A DNA stretch of 64,000 nucleotides from the NCBI GenBank assembly GCA_946965045.2, contig OX337232.1:2480001-2544000 (forward strand). The letters are read 5' to 3'. The translations under genes were made by a program, and so were the position numbers. The stretch is from Epithemia pelagica (lineage: Eukaryota; Protista; Bacillariophyta). Below, one piece after another: positions 44,645 through 55,425 of this stretch. Each line of letters opens with the position of its first letter. Within the stretch, counting starts at the first letter, position 1. The notes under the pieces were generated by a model that was not told the origin of the DNA, made no database searches, and worked only from the letters and a program-made list of their open reading frames with translations.

Positions 44645-44871
44645 TTGTGATAGCTCCTAAGTCAGCAGACCAAATCTTTTTTGTGTGCTTTCCTGTTTCC
44701 TGTATCTTTCCACAAAAGTGCACGAGAACCGTCACGAAGCCCCATCACAAAATCATCGAGACGTGCTCGATATACATGCCACGTGGCAAAAATGATGACT
44801 TCGACAAACACAAGAGATCTTGTCCAATCATGCCTTTGGACCCTTTTTGGTCATTCAACATGATTCATGGA

Positions 44872-47151
44872 TCATCCGATATGGCGGTGGATTGTCAATT
44901 TAACATATTCATTCGTGACCAGATTGTCGACGTATACACCACTGGTTCCCATAACATCGGTCTCACTTTTGCTGTAGTGTTCCCCTTGACGAGTAGGACG
45001 ATTCTCTCTGTCTTTGGTATCAAATACCATTGGTTTCTTGATTAACTTGTCTTGATCAGTCGAGGCCACCAACACGGCTCGGTCCACGTCTGAAAAGCGA
45101 AGTTCCCCGAGATCGTAACGGTCTGCCAAAAGGACAAGTCCATGGCCAAAATAATCATCCTCCATGTTGCCATTGTCGGAGGGTGTCGTTCGGTTCGGCA
45201 ACAACCATCCAACATCAAATCCTTGAACCTTGTTACTCCGGCCGAGGGCAGTGTTCACTGACATTCCCAGTGCACAAGGTCCCGTTAACAACAGCACTGG
45301 AATACTTCGCAATTTCCAAATCTCGCAATCCAACGATTCGCTGCACACTGCATTTTCCACATCGTAGTAATCCCAACGATTTTGGATCCGATTCAACAAA
45401 TCTTGAACTGCTTGCACAATAATGGGATGACCAGGAGCAGCCGCCATGAACCCATTCCACAAACAAAAGTTACTGTTGGGCCACCGATCAATGGGGACAT
45501 CACGAGGAACCAGAAAGGACACATTGGCAGGCAAAAACTGATCCAAGTTTGGCAGATCGAGTTGGACATCAATGTCTGCGTAGATTCCACCCTCTCGCAA
45601 CAATACCAAGAGGCGGAAAAAGTCAGCCTTGAATGCTCCTGGCAACACGGCGTCGTAAGCCTCCACAAACGGTGCTGGAAAGTGGTCTTGAATGTAGCGT
45701 CGCGCGGTCTCGTCCGTGTAGAAATTATAGTGCCAACCCGACGCTTTCCACGAGTTTTGTAGCCTCGATAAATGTGGGTACCGCTCTATAGAAAGGTCTT
45801 CAAACCAGGTCTGGTGAATGATTCGAGGAATTCGTTTGGCTTGTGCGCTGGCAGGAGTGTCTCGTACTTGGTTAATGTGGACCAGCAACTCCACCTCCCG
45901 AAACAATGGGCTATCCTGGAACGGTGTCGTTATGTGCTTGACGTAGCAGGAACGACAAATTTCCAAACACTTGGACAAGGACCCCCGCCATGGCATTTTG
46001 AGACAACGGTGACAGAACCATCCGGGTGAACAGGCTTCCTGTTTCATTCGTTCGTTATGAGATTGCTTTGGCGTCCGATTCACGTCGTTTGCTAGTTCTG
46101 GCGCAACGACAGAAACGTCGTAACGATTCGAAACTGCAAGACTCTTACTGGGAGCGTTGAGAGATGCATCCATGGGTTCGTCGAGGTGAAGTTTGCAGCA
46201 TTCCGCCGAATCTAGGCACTTTTGCGTCTGTTCGACATACTTCAAAATCCCGGTCCAAGACACATTAGGGAAAAAATCGTTTTGGTATCGGTCCTGCTGG
46301 ACCCAGTAGTCAAACAAACAACGCAGTTCCAATGGTTTGGCATCTCTTGAAATGACATGGGAAAGAAACGTGGGACCTGCGTTGTCCACCAGCTTCCACT
46401 CAAACAAGTTGGGTGCATTGCGATTGTTGGACATGTGCAATGCAGTTTCCACGAAATCCTTGGCATTGGTACTAGGTCCCCAAAAGACACCACCATATTC
46501 CCAAATCATGGCCAAACCCCAAAAGTGGGCTCGATCCACAATCGGCAAGGACTGATAAACATTCAACACGCCGTTGGACGATCCATAGTGCTTCAGGATC
46601 CATAGATCCATTCCCGATTCCAAGTAGGGAACAACTACAAAGTCAACAGAGTGCTTCTTGTTTGACAGAGAGGACATGGAAGCCACTGTTGTGTCATTTT
46701 CACCAACGTTCATGGGTTGAAACCAATCACCCATCAAGGGTTGAAAGAGGCACAGAGTGTACCATCCCTTCTCACTGAGGGACGAACAAAGATTGCCCTG
46801 GTACACCTGTTCGTGTAAGTCTCTTCGCTTTTTGGATCGCACGAGAATTTCCGTGTAAAAGGTACTCAACAAAACGGGGACACCCTTGAAATTGGCATTG
46901 GGTTCCGGACACGCCGGTACGTGGTAGCCCATCGTATTGTAAAATTCTTTTCGATACTCTCCATCACGAACATAAAACAACCATCGTTTCAACGAATTGT
47001 CAATCCGACGACCAATCGAACCTCCTTGCAAGGTTCCACTCCCAAACAAACGAGATCGGAGAAACCACAACACCACAACAGGGACCACCATGGCCACGAC
47101 CAAGACTCGTCGTAAGAGGCGAGCCACTGTCTTGGAGCATATCGCATTCAT
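44872..47151 (-). CDS. GT32 (OCH1-like, DxD) glycosyltransferase, type II membrane
   Basis: IPRIIHQTW, KADFFRLLVLLREGGIYADID and MAAAPGHP motifs; N-terminal TM; degenerate upstream GT32-like segment. Confidence 0.9.
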   Translation of the reverse strand: MNAICSKTVARLLRRVLVVAMVVPVVVLWFLRSRLFGSGTLQGGSIGRRIDNSLKRWLFYVRDGEYRKEFYNTMGYHVPACPEPNANFKGVPVLLSTFYTEILVRSKKRRDLHEQVYQGNLCSSLSEKGWYTLCLFQPLMGDWFQPMNVGENDTTVASMSSLSNKKHSVDFVVVPYLESGMDLWILKHYGSSNGVLNVYQSLPIVDRAHFWGLAMIWEYGGVFWGPSTNAKDFVETALHMSNNRNAPNLFEWKLVDNAGPTFLSHVISRDAKPLELRCLFDYWVQQDRYQNDFFPNVSWTGILKYVEQTQKCLDSAECCKLHLDEPMDASLNAPSKSLAVSNRYDVSVVAPELANDVNRTPKQSHNERMKQEACSPGWFCHRCLKMPWRGSLSKCLEICRSCYVKHITTPFQDSPLFREVELLVHINQVRDTPASAQAKRIPRIIHQTWFEDLSIERYPHLSRLQNSWKASGWHYNFYTDETARRYIQDHFPAPFVEAYDAVLPGAFKADFFRLLVLLREGGIYADIDVQLDLPNLDQFLPANVSFLVPRDVPIDRWPNSNFCLWNGFMAAAPGHPIIVQAVQDLLNRIQNRWDYYDVENAVCSESLDCEIWKLRSIPVLLLTGPCALGMSVNTALGRSNKVQGFDVGWLLPNRTTPSDNGNMEDDYFGHGLVLLADRYDLGELRFSDVDRAVLVASTDQDKLIKKPMVFDTKDRENRPTRQGEHYSKSETDVMGTSGVYVDNLVTNEYVKLTIHRHIG

Positions 47152-47746
47152 GATTCCTTCTACTTGGACAATGGATATACCGTTCTAGCAGCCAATCATG
47201 GACGCCATCTTGGATATTGCATCTTCACTGTACAGAAGAAGGGCCGTGGTCGTCGTCACTTCGGAACGGGTTTCCAGTCGCATATAGATCGAAGGTCGCT
47301 ATGTATGCTATGCTCGACGTAGAGGGGGGGATGGAGATAGGGGAGTCGGAAGCCTAAGAAGGAAAGGATGCATCAGAAGACGCAATTCCATCCATATTAC
47401 TTCTCTGGGAACATGTCGCACCCGTCTGGTTCCGTTATGGTTTCCATTCCAGGTCGCAAAGCATCAAAGTCCACTACTGGTTCCTGTCCAGGAACACTGT
47501 GCTACCCTGTATTCTTCTCTGGACAGCAAACAGCCAAAAGAACCGCATGTGATGATAGATCCCTTTTCTTTCAGCTCTCAACCACCGAAAAGGATGATGC
47601 CAAACGCACACGCACACAGGAAATCACTTGTTCTCGTCGCAAATTGTGGTGGAGGGTCCAGGGAACCAACCACGTGTACTGCACCGGAAACCCAGCCATG
47701 TTCCGACAAACCTACCCGCGTGTTTCTTCCACGCAGACGTTTCTTC

Positions 47747-48979
47747 TCATTCGTTGACGACGACCAGAGACGGATGACGCAAGGCCAATCCAATGGTGGC
47801 ACTCCATTGGGCTTCCAAAAACTTGCCTGCTTCATAGGCTTGTTGGACTTGTGGCAATGTCATACGTTGCAGGAGTTGGACTTCGGTATCCGCGGCTCCC
47901 ACTTGTGTTACTGATGATGACGAATCAGCGGGATGGCCCCCCGTTTCATCTGCTGGACGACACCCCGTGGCCAAGAAGGAATTCAACCATCCCATTCCTC
48001 GATTGACATCCGTGACAAACCGTCCCAAGAAATGATAGTCGTGACAGGTGTGACGCAATTCTTCCAAAACCTCGCGTTGCGCCGTCCGGTGTGGATCTTC
48101 ACCGGGTTCCACAATCCCACCCACAATGGCCAGCGATTGTCGTCCCTCGAGGGCATATTTGGTTTGTTGCAAAATCATAAAGTCTCCATCGACCGTTTGT
48201 ACGAGTACATTGATTCGATCATGGTAATCGATCCAGACCCAATCGTCAATAATCTTATCCTCCTGCTTCTTGCCATTCTTGTTCTTGTTGGATGGCACCA
48301 CGACATGGGTATGCAGTTGCAATTTGAGAAATTTGGTATTGACCAAACACTGAATGGACTTTCCGAGTGGATCGTTGGGATCGGGTCGGGCTTCTCGACC
48401 CTGGTAGTGACCCAAGGATATTTGACACGAATCGTCCTTCCGTCCGGAGGAGGAACGCACCATGGAAGCGGTGGTGGTGGTGGACGTTGGAATCATCAGC
48501 GAGGACGGTGTGACCGTTGCCGCGGCACTGTTGTGGGGTGGGTGGTGGCACAAGGCTGACGCCACACACCAGCCCACCACGGCCACCAGGGATCCTCCCA
48601 CCAGACACCCACAGAAAAAGGACCACACCATGGGCCAAGAATAATGAGTGCGACCACAGGACCACCATGATTTGGTTGGAAATTTGGGAGGATCCAAAGG
48701 ATAATAGAGGAGGTACTTTTGTTTCCGAGGATGACTCCCCGAACTACTAGTAGTATTAGTGGTGCGTAGGGGCCAGAGCGATCCCGATGATTTCCAGGCT
48801 GTGGTCGTCATGCTGTCGTGGTATTCGTTGCCGTCGTATTCCTTTATGTGCGTTTTGTCACAACCAGTTGTGCTTTGTAAAGGGATGACAACGCAACGAC
48901 ATTCAGCTTCGTGGTTGTCTTCATCGAAGTCGACGACAAAGTTGATGCCACATTGCCACATGTCCCCAACCCCGGTCAT
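47747..48979 (-). CDS. Nudix hydrolase with TM anchor
   Basis: GGIVEPGEDPHRTAQREVLEEL Nudix box; hydrophobic segment WSFFCGCLVGGSLVAVVGW. Confidence 0.88.
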   Translation of the reverse strand: MTGVGDMWQCGINFVVDFDEDNHEAECRCVVIPLQSTTGCDKTHIKEYDGNEYHDSMTTTAWKSSGSLWPLRTTNTTSSSGSHPRKQKYLLYYPLDPPKFPTKSWWSCGRTHYSWPMVWSFFCGCLVGGSLVAVVGWCVASALCHHPPHNSAAATVTPSSLMIPTSTTTTASMVRSSSGRKDDSCQISLGHYQGREARPDPNDPLGKSIQCLVNTKFLKLQLHTHVVVPSNKNKNGKKQEDKIIDDWVWIDYHDRINVLVQTVDGDFMILQQTKYALEGRQSLAIVGGIVEPGEDPHRTAQREVLEELRHTCHDYHFLGRFVTDVNRGMGWLNSFLATGCRPADETGGHPADSSSSVTQVGAADTEVQLLQRMTLPQVQQAYEAGKFLEAQWSATIGLALRHPSLVVVNE

Positions 48980-49318
48980 GCTGACGCTCGAATGAGTCGT
49001 CTTTAGAACGCGGATAGGTCCATTCTTTTTTCGGATCGACGTATCCGTACTTTCAAAAGCATAGTGGGATCGGAAGGAAATTCCATATACACCCCAGACG
49101 ACAAGAAAAGGATCTATATATGAGTTTAGTTGACATTACTTCCCTTCAACCTCTGAGTTGTCCTCGAGGGACCACCGAAGCAACAAGCACATCTCGACGG
49201 AACAAATCCAACAGTTGGCGTGTTCGAGAGTTCAGACCCAGAATAGCTAAGAACACGGAGCCAAGGAGCGGAACCACCACCACAACAACACAAACGATCA
49301 TATAGACAGCGACAGAGA

Positions 49319-49568
49319 ATGGCAATCCCCGAGATGATCACGTTGGACAAGGAAGACGCGGTCGTGGACGAAGAATCTCATTTGTTGCCTCTGGAAGATC
49401 GACCAACCACCAAAGGATTGCTCACGACCGAGCAACAACAACAGCAACAAGAACACCAACCAAACGGACACGCCACGAACCACCCACACCCATTGACCAA
49501 TGGACATGCGGATGCAAGACACCCCCTGGACTTTAACTCTTAGAATGGACCAGACGGAGTGTACCTTT
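49319..49568 (+). pseudogene. 5' exon of a host gene interrupted by the transposon stack
   Basis: ATG ORF with host-like low-complexity N-terminus, in-frame TAG 49541-49543, then a GTATGT donor at 49569 and a pyrimidine tract ending at the TTA target site. Confidence 0.45.
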
Positions 49569-49905
49569 GTATGTAGGGTTTGCGTAACTTGCTTTGCGGG
49601 ACGCTGCAATTATTTTTTTCGTTCTTAGGCCGTCCCTATAGCATCGACAAAACCAAACCTGAAGCGTGACGTCATCACTGAATTCAGTTTTGGCGCGTTT
49701 CGCCGTCCTATAGCACCGGCAAAACCAAAACCCGATTCCGCGCTTTTTCGAAGCCGATCCCCCCCCCCGACCCCCAAAACGCCCTCGCTTTACTTTGAAT
49801 TATTCAATACTAATTTTAAGAACGCGTTGGCCGTTATGTCGTTCCTCACTTTTTAGGTTTCACACGTCGCTGTTGCCCGTTAGTTTCAACAATTCGACAA
49901 GAACA

Positions 49906-51324
49906 ATGGCTGCCAGTGCTGACTATACTCCTAAGGCCTATCTTGTCAAGGAGGTCCAATCCGTCATCTCATGGGTAATTCTAAACCATGTGAACACACA
50001 AGGTACCATGACGAGGACAGAAAGGAAGGAACTTATGTTTAACTTGTACCATGGTCTCACGAAAGATCCCAAAAAAGTGGGTTTTGCTCGTCAATGTGTG
50101 CTCGGTTGCAGCATTTTCCGCCATCTTTTTGTTGAATGTAAGAAGGACAAAAATGCCCGTTTGACAGACAGCCCAAACTCCCATGTGACATTCCAAATCA
50201 ACCCCAGGTTGCTGCCTGGTGAAGACAAACCAGTGTTTGTCGGAACAGGGCCTACGGCGCACATTAGATTGGAACATTTGGAGGTTGCATCAGTCCATCA
50301 AGCCAAGAAAGGAAACAGGAAGCTTATTGCTTCACGCACGCTGTTTCGTAGCGCCATGACTGTCTCTGCCAACTTGAAGACGATGTTACCGCTCGTCACC
50401 GCACAGATTCTCAATGCCAACGGTGAAATGCCTTCGGGCAAAAACGACGATGATTTTTTTGCTGAATTGGCGGTCAAGGTACTAGAAAGCAAGGCACAGG
50501 GTATTTTTGTGGAAACTCCTTCGGACGATGATGTAACACCTCCCGTGGAGACTCTCACTCAGGGAGTCGAGGCTGAAAAAAAAAAGGCCGAGAAACAAAA
50601 CAAAATGAAATGGACGTACAAGGCCATTCCAGCTGCTGGTTGGTTTACAGTTTGTCTGTTCACTAAAAACGGAATCGCCACAGAACACGTGAAGAACTCA
50701 TTGCCTTTGATTATGGACAAGGACTATGGAACCTTGGAAAAGCACAAGCACTCCCGGGCTGCCGCGAGAAAAGATGCTGCTTCGTCCAAGGCCCGTGAAC
50801 GTGGAAGTCGTGATAACTTGAGCCACGGTGGACAACAGGACTCTGTGCAGGACCAGACCAGGAACCGTCTCATAGCTTCCATAGTCGATCTATTGGCGGA
50901 CGACAAGGAAATTGACAGCGACATTTCCAAGCTTGAGAACATGCAGAAACGCTACAAGAACCTCCAGCAGAGCTTCAAGCGTTTGGAATGGAAGATTGAT
51001 CTCAGGATGAAAAGTGGATTCGATTGCTCTGAACTTCTTTCCGAACATGATCAGAAATGGGAAGAATCAGAGATGCTGCAGGAAGCAATCGATGCACTAA
51101 TTGAGAAACAGGAGGCAAGTAAGCGGCAGTCGGGTCAGCCCATTATTGAGAGGGCCAAGAAAGTCGTGAAGTTGGTGGATTCAAATTTGGCGAATGAACA
51201 TGCCCTCGAGACTCCGAAAGCAAGCGTACCCAAGACAATTGTTACAATTGACACATCAACCAAGTCAGTCAATTCTGAAATCGTACCGCGTCGTATCTCC
51301 GAAGGTGGAAACACAGAAATTTGA
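49906..51324 (+). CDS. Harbinger accessory (second) ORF, presumed DNA-binding protein
   Basis: Long open ORF inside the TIRs, convergent with the transposase; coiled-coil-like C-terminus; Myb/SANT motif not obvious. Confidence 0.75.
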   Translation: MAASADYTPKAYLVKEVQSVISWVILNHVNTQGTMTRTERKELMFNLYHGLTKDPKKVGFARQCVLGCSIFRHLFVECKKDKNARLTDSPNSHVTFQINPRLLPGEDKPVFVGTGPTAHIRLEHLEVASVHQAKKGNRKLIASRTLFRSAMTVSANLKTMLPLVTAQILNANGEMPSGKNDDDFFAELAVKVLESKAQGIFVETPSDDDVTPPVETLTQGVEAEKKKAEKQNKMKWTYKAIPAAGWFTVCLFTKNGIATEHVKNSLPLIMDKDYGTLEKHKHSRAAARKDAASSKARERGSRDNLSHGGQQDSVQDQTRNRLIASIVDLLADDKEIDSDISKLENMQKRYKNLQQSFKRLEWKIDLRMKSGFDCSELLSEHDQKWEESEMLQEAIDALIEKQEASKRQSGQPIIERAKKVVKLVDSNLANEHALETPKASVPKTIVTIDTSTKSVNSEIVPRRISEGGNTEI

Positions 51325-51329
51325 AATCC

Positions 51330-51495
51330 AAAAGAATACTTTTAACAAACGAGAATCCCAAAAAAATACAATCAATGAAAGAGAATGCCGTGAAAGAGAA
51401 TGATACGAAAAGAATATTTTTAACAAACGAGAAACGAGAATCAAAAAAAAATATAGTCAGTTCAAGAGAATGCCGTGAAAGAGAATGATAACAAA
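51330..51495. repeat. Imperfect ~80-bp A-rich tandem duplication between the converging Harbinger ORFs
   Basis: aaagaata(c/t)ttttaacaaacgagaa and agagaatgccgtgaaagagaatgata each occur twice. Confidence 0.75.
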
Positions 51496-51530
51496 AGAAA
51501 AGTTGGTGATTAATCTTATAAGAACATTGG

Positions 51531-53141
51531 TTAGTCTATACCGGGCCATTTCACTTTTCCCTGACTTTGCAATATGTCAAAGTTCTCGATTAGTCGATTA
51601 CGGAACACTGACAACGGAAGCAGACGAACCCGTATAATACCTTTTTCGTCTTTTGCTTTCTCAAGATACTCCTTTTCAGCCTCTGGAAGTACTTCTTGCT
51701 CTATTTCAATTGTTGGAGAATCAGCTTGACTCTCGTCGTCGTCGAGATCTTCACAGTAGTCATTACCCCGGCCCATGTCGGACGAATCGAAACGACGAAT
51801 ATCACCATGTTGTAGAATCCGATTCGTGATTGCCTGAGGAATAGCCTGTTCTATGTCTTCGTCATCAAAATCTCCAAGCTCTGTCAACCATTCGTCGGTC
51901 TCTAAGCTTCCATCATTTTCCAATAGGAGATTATGTAGAGCACAACAGGTTAGCCATACCTTGTCCACGGCTTTGATTCCGTGGAGTCGCACTCCCGCTT
52001 TTAGTACACGCCATCTGCCTTTGAGAATACCAAACGTACACTCAACATCTTTACGTAAAGACTCCACCCACTCCGAAAACTCCAAAGCTGGCAAATTATC
52101 CGAAATTTTGATGGGAGGTACGGTACAAGACCAGTTTAGATACCCGTTATCAACGAGCAACCATGCACCTCGGTACTCAACCTCTATCACTTCTCCCTCT
52201 GAAGTTCTCTGCAGTAACTTGAAAGGGAAGTTGTCGAGCTTGTCATTTTTTCCGTACCGAAGAGTCGTGGCCAGTTCATCATACTTGACCAATGTCTTGT
52301 CATTCCACCTGGCAGGATGACCTTTGGTGGTACAAAGAATCTTTCGACGGTGGTTAGTTACTATGTTATAAGTCCTTGCGGTACCATGCAGTTTGCGGGC
52401 AGTGTGTTCCTGTTTTAGGTCATGCAATATTTTCTCCGCCAAAATATGAGTCGCATCCATGGAACCTATGCACCCAATCATGCCTGCTGCTTCGTATTCT
52501 GCCGATCTGGCTTCATTGGACGAGGACGGTACTTCAACGTAGTGCTTGAATAGAACTTCACTACCCCAATCGATAAACTTGTGAAAAAACTGTCTATTCG
52601 TTTCTTCATCGATTCCTGTATTTTCTTCTAGATCGTCAAATGTCCACCCCCGACCAAGATATCAGAGTGCTCCTAAGCACAATAGCTCTATAGGAACGGA
52701 GGGAGCTTTTTGTTGTCTTGGTGTTCCGCCGAACCATCGTCCAAAATATTTTTGGTTTTCGGGCGATTTTACCATGTCCAGTAGAGATATGAACGCAGAA
52801 AATGGGACACGGAAACGAAGACGGAATTTTTTCAACCACTTGGGGTCAAGGGACTTTGGGTTTTCCACATAGTTCATATACCAAGGTGACAGCTGCGGGG
52901 TCATTTCCACCAAATTACCGGTTGCATCTTTGACAAAGAACTTGGGGGACTTTCCTGACCTGGGAGCTCTGGTACGAGGAGTCTTGGAGGTCGAGTTGCA
53001 TGAGTCGGATGGTGGATCCTCAGTAGAGGCTAAAGCAACAGCTGCGGCAGCCAAAAAGCGCAGTGTCTCCTTAACTCTCCTCCTCTTGGTTCGTCTGTCA
53101 ACAGAGGACTCGTTCGATGAATCGGTGTCATAATCGTTCAT
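51531..53141 (-). pseudogene. Harbinger DDE transposase with a single nonsense codon
   Basis: RFRVP, LGAL*YLGRGW (TGA 52662-52664), GCIGSMDATH, LVDNGY and ESLRKDVECTFGILKGRW; the frame is otherwise continuous. Confidence 0.93.
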
Positions 53142-53381
53142 TGTCGAGGAACAATGACACAAAGGACGAGAAACAAATGAGGCGGAGAAATTTATCCCTA
53201 ATGCGATTTCAGGTTTGGAGGTTGGTTTGGAGGGTTAAAAAAATTACAAAACCTGCGCTCAGGTTTTGTCGTTGCAAAACCTGAAATGACAGAAAACCCG
53301 GATTTGACATCATATTTCCGGGTTTTTAGTGACGTGTCACGCTTCAGGTTTGGTTTTGTCGATGCTATAGGGACGGCCTTA

Positions 53382-53815
53382 GGCCGTTCCTTACGCCAAA
53401 CCCAACCCAATCTGAAACCTTACATTTCGTCATCATGACGCCATATATCCGGGTATTTTGGCTTTTCAGGTTTGGTTCAGATTATTTTGACCCAATCAGA
53501 TTGGCGCGTTTACCAAACCTGAAACACACTAGGGATAAAGTTTTCGTTATGCTACTGTACGAATTTCCTACAGTTTGGAATTCGACTTGGCATGCGTGCG
53601 TTCAACTCCAACGGTCACACGTCCCCTTATGTCCTTTGTACGCTGGAATTCTTTTAGTACTCAATTTAATGAAGTCAAATGGGGGAAGTTGGGGGACGAG
53701 GCGCGGTCTCTGACTTTGGTTTGGTTGAGTGTAAGGACGGCAAATCGCGCCTTTTTCCAAACAAATCCTTGAAAGGTCTTCACAGGTTTGGTTGGGTTCG
53801 CCGTAAGGAATGGCC
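53382..53815. mobile_element. Tourist-like (Harbinger-type) MITE, 434 bp
   Basis: Imperfect ~28-bp TIRs GGCC(G/A)TTCCTTACG...AACCCAACC; TTA on both sides (53379-81, 53816-18). Confidence 0.88.
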
Positions 53816-54639
53816 TTAGGCCAATCCTTTAGCTCGCAACCCTCGGTATCAGTGTCCACTGCTTAGCTGTTTTTTGTCTGTGCCATCTTCAAAGGTTCCC
53901 AAGTGGACACAGACAGCATTTTTCGTTTTTCGTCTGTCTGTCTAACCATTAAAATTCCTCAGGGTTGAAGCAAGGCCAGCGTGCAAGTGACAGTTGACGG
54001 TTGGTGGTTGTCCTCGCCGGGTCACCACGATTCAAATTTGGGCATCCATCATCATCTCGACACCTGTCACAAAAACCAAAAACCGAGCCAAATGCTTGAC
54101 CATGACGGGGGTGAGGTGAGAACAATGGATGGATCATGCTGGACTGAACCGTTTCTCTCTATTGCTACTTATTACTTATCTTGTGGTCTCTTTTCCCTTT
54201 TTCTCACACATCACTGCTGCAGCTGTCTTTCCTATTGTTCTTGCATGATCCTTTACTTTTGTCTCATTTCGTACGAGTAGATGACAAGCCGCCAGATGTC
54301 AACTGGAATATCTTTTCCTTGTTGTAATCGTTTGTTGTTTGATTGTTTTTTGGCTACTGTCATATGCTCTATAGGATAGATTATTCTCTCTTGTCTCTCA
54401 TCATAGTGTCATTCTCAATCATTTCTCAACAATGTTGTTTTTGCATCAAATAGATGGGAAGCCATCTTGCCACACCCTACTGACCAATTATCATATCCTA
54501 CCTAGGTAGGCGACACAAAGTGCTCAAAGTGAGCGGTACAAGCTTGTGAGAGCTGTTCTGTTGTGTTTTCATAGCAAAACTGAGGGCCGTCGTCGTGCTC
54601 AAAACAAAGAACAGAGCTCCAACGAATTCAGAAGGCTCA

Positions 54640-55425
54640 AAAGTCTCATGGATGACAAGTAGTAGAATTCCGTCAGTACACGCTCTAGAAGAGCCACAAT
54701 CGATTACCAACTGATACCAAGGTTCTCCACGGGTCAGAGAACAAAGGAAACCCAAGGGTTCTATCGTAGGGATAGTCAGGACACTGAAGACGTGATGATA
54801 TGGTAATGTTAATGATTGTGAGCTTACTACTAGGTTTGGTGTGTGAGATTTCCATTCTTGTTGTCGATCGTGTGAAATAGGTTCTTGGCGGTGATAGGTC
54901 TGGAATGGTTGGAGTTGATGTATGTGAGGTATATAACATGTATAAGTGCTTGTATATCATATACAGCCTCAACGATTCTTGGCTAAAGTTGGTATATGTA
55001 GTTTTGTTGGCGCGTCCTTGTTTGCAATCTTGAAATAGTGGGAACGATGATATGGTCTCGCGTGATCGTGATTCGTGCCTTGTGTACTTAGACCGTTGGG
55101 TCGGATACATGATCGCCACGCTCGGATAGTTCTTGCGCGCATCTTGACGAATTTGGGCGCGCACGCTTAGGGCATAGGTCAGGCTCGGATGTTCAACGGA
55201 TGATCATCCGTTGATGGGATATCAAGACCAAAGTTGATTCTTGATAGCACGTTCGTCAATCTGTTCTCACTTTTTGGTATATGCGACCGAAATATAGGTT
55301 GAGCTAGCGCGAAGCTAGGTATGTAGTGTGGATGTAGGTGATGTAGGTGATGTTTGAAGCCACGGGACCCGACTAACCGATGAGGTGCCGAACCTAACCG
55401 ATGATTTTCGGTGAGAGTTCTACTA
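54640..55425 (-). repeat. 3' LTR
   Basis: Matches 61260-62045 with 3 substitutions seen by eye; preceded on the minus strand by purine tract GGGGAG. Confidence 0.92.

Larger units (their letters stand above)
49628..53378. mobile_element. PIF/Harbinger DNA transposon (3751 bp), two convergent ORFs
   Basis: 43-bp perfect TIRs GGCCGTCCCTATAGCATCGACAAAACCAAACCTGAAGCGTGAC (49628-49670; 53336-53378); TTA TSD at 49625-49627 and 53379-53381. Confidence 0.95.

Noticed and set aside
54685-55164. 159-aa ORF within each LTR (also 61305-61784)
   Set aside because: Duplicated only because it lies in the LTR; no domain features or evidence of function.
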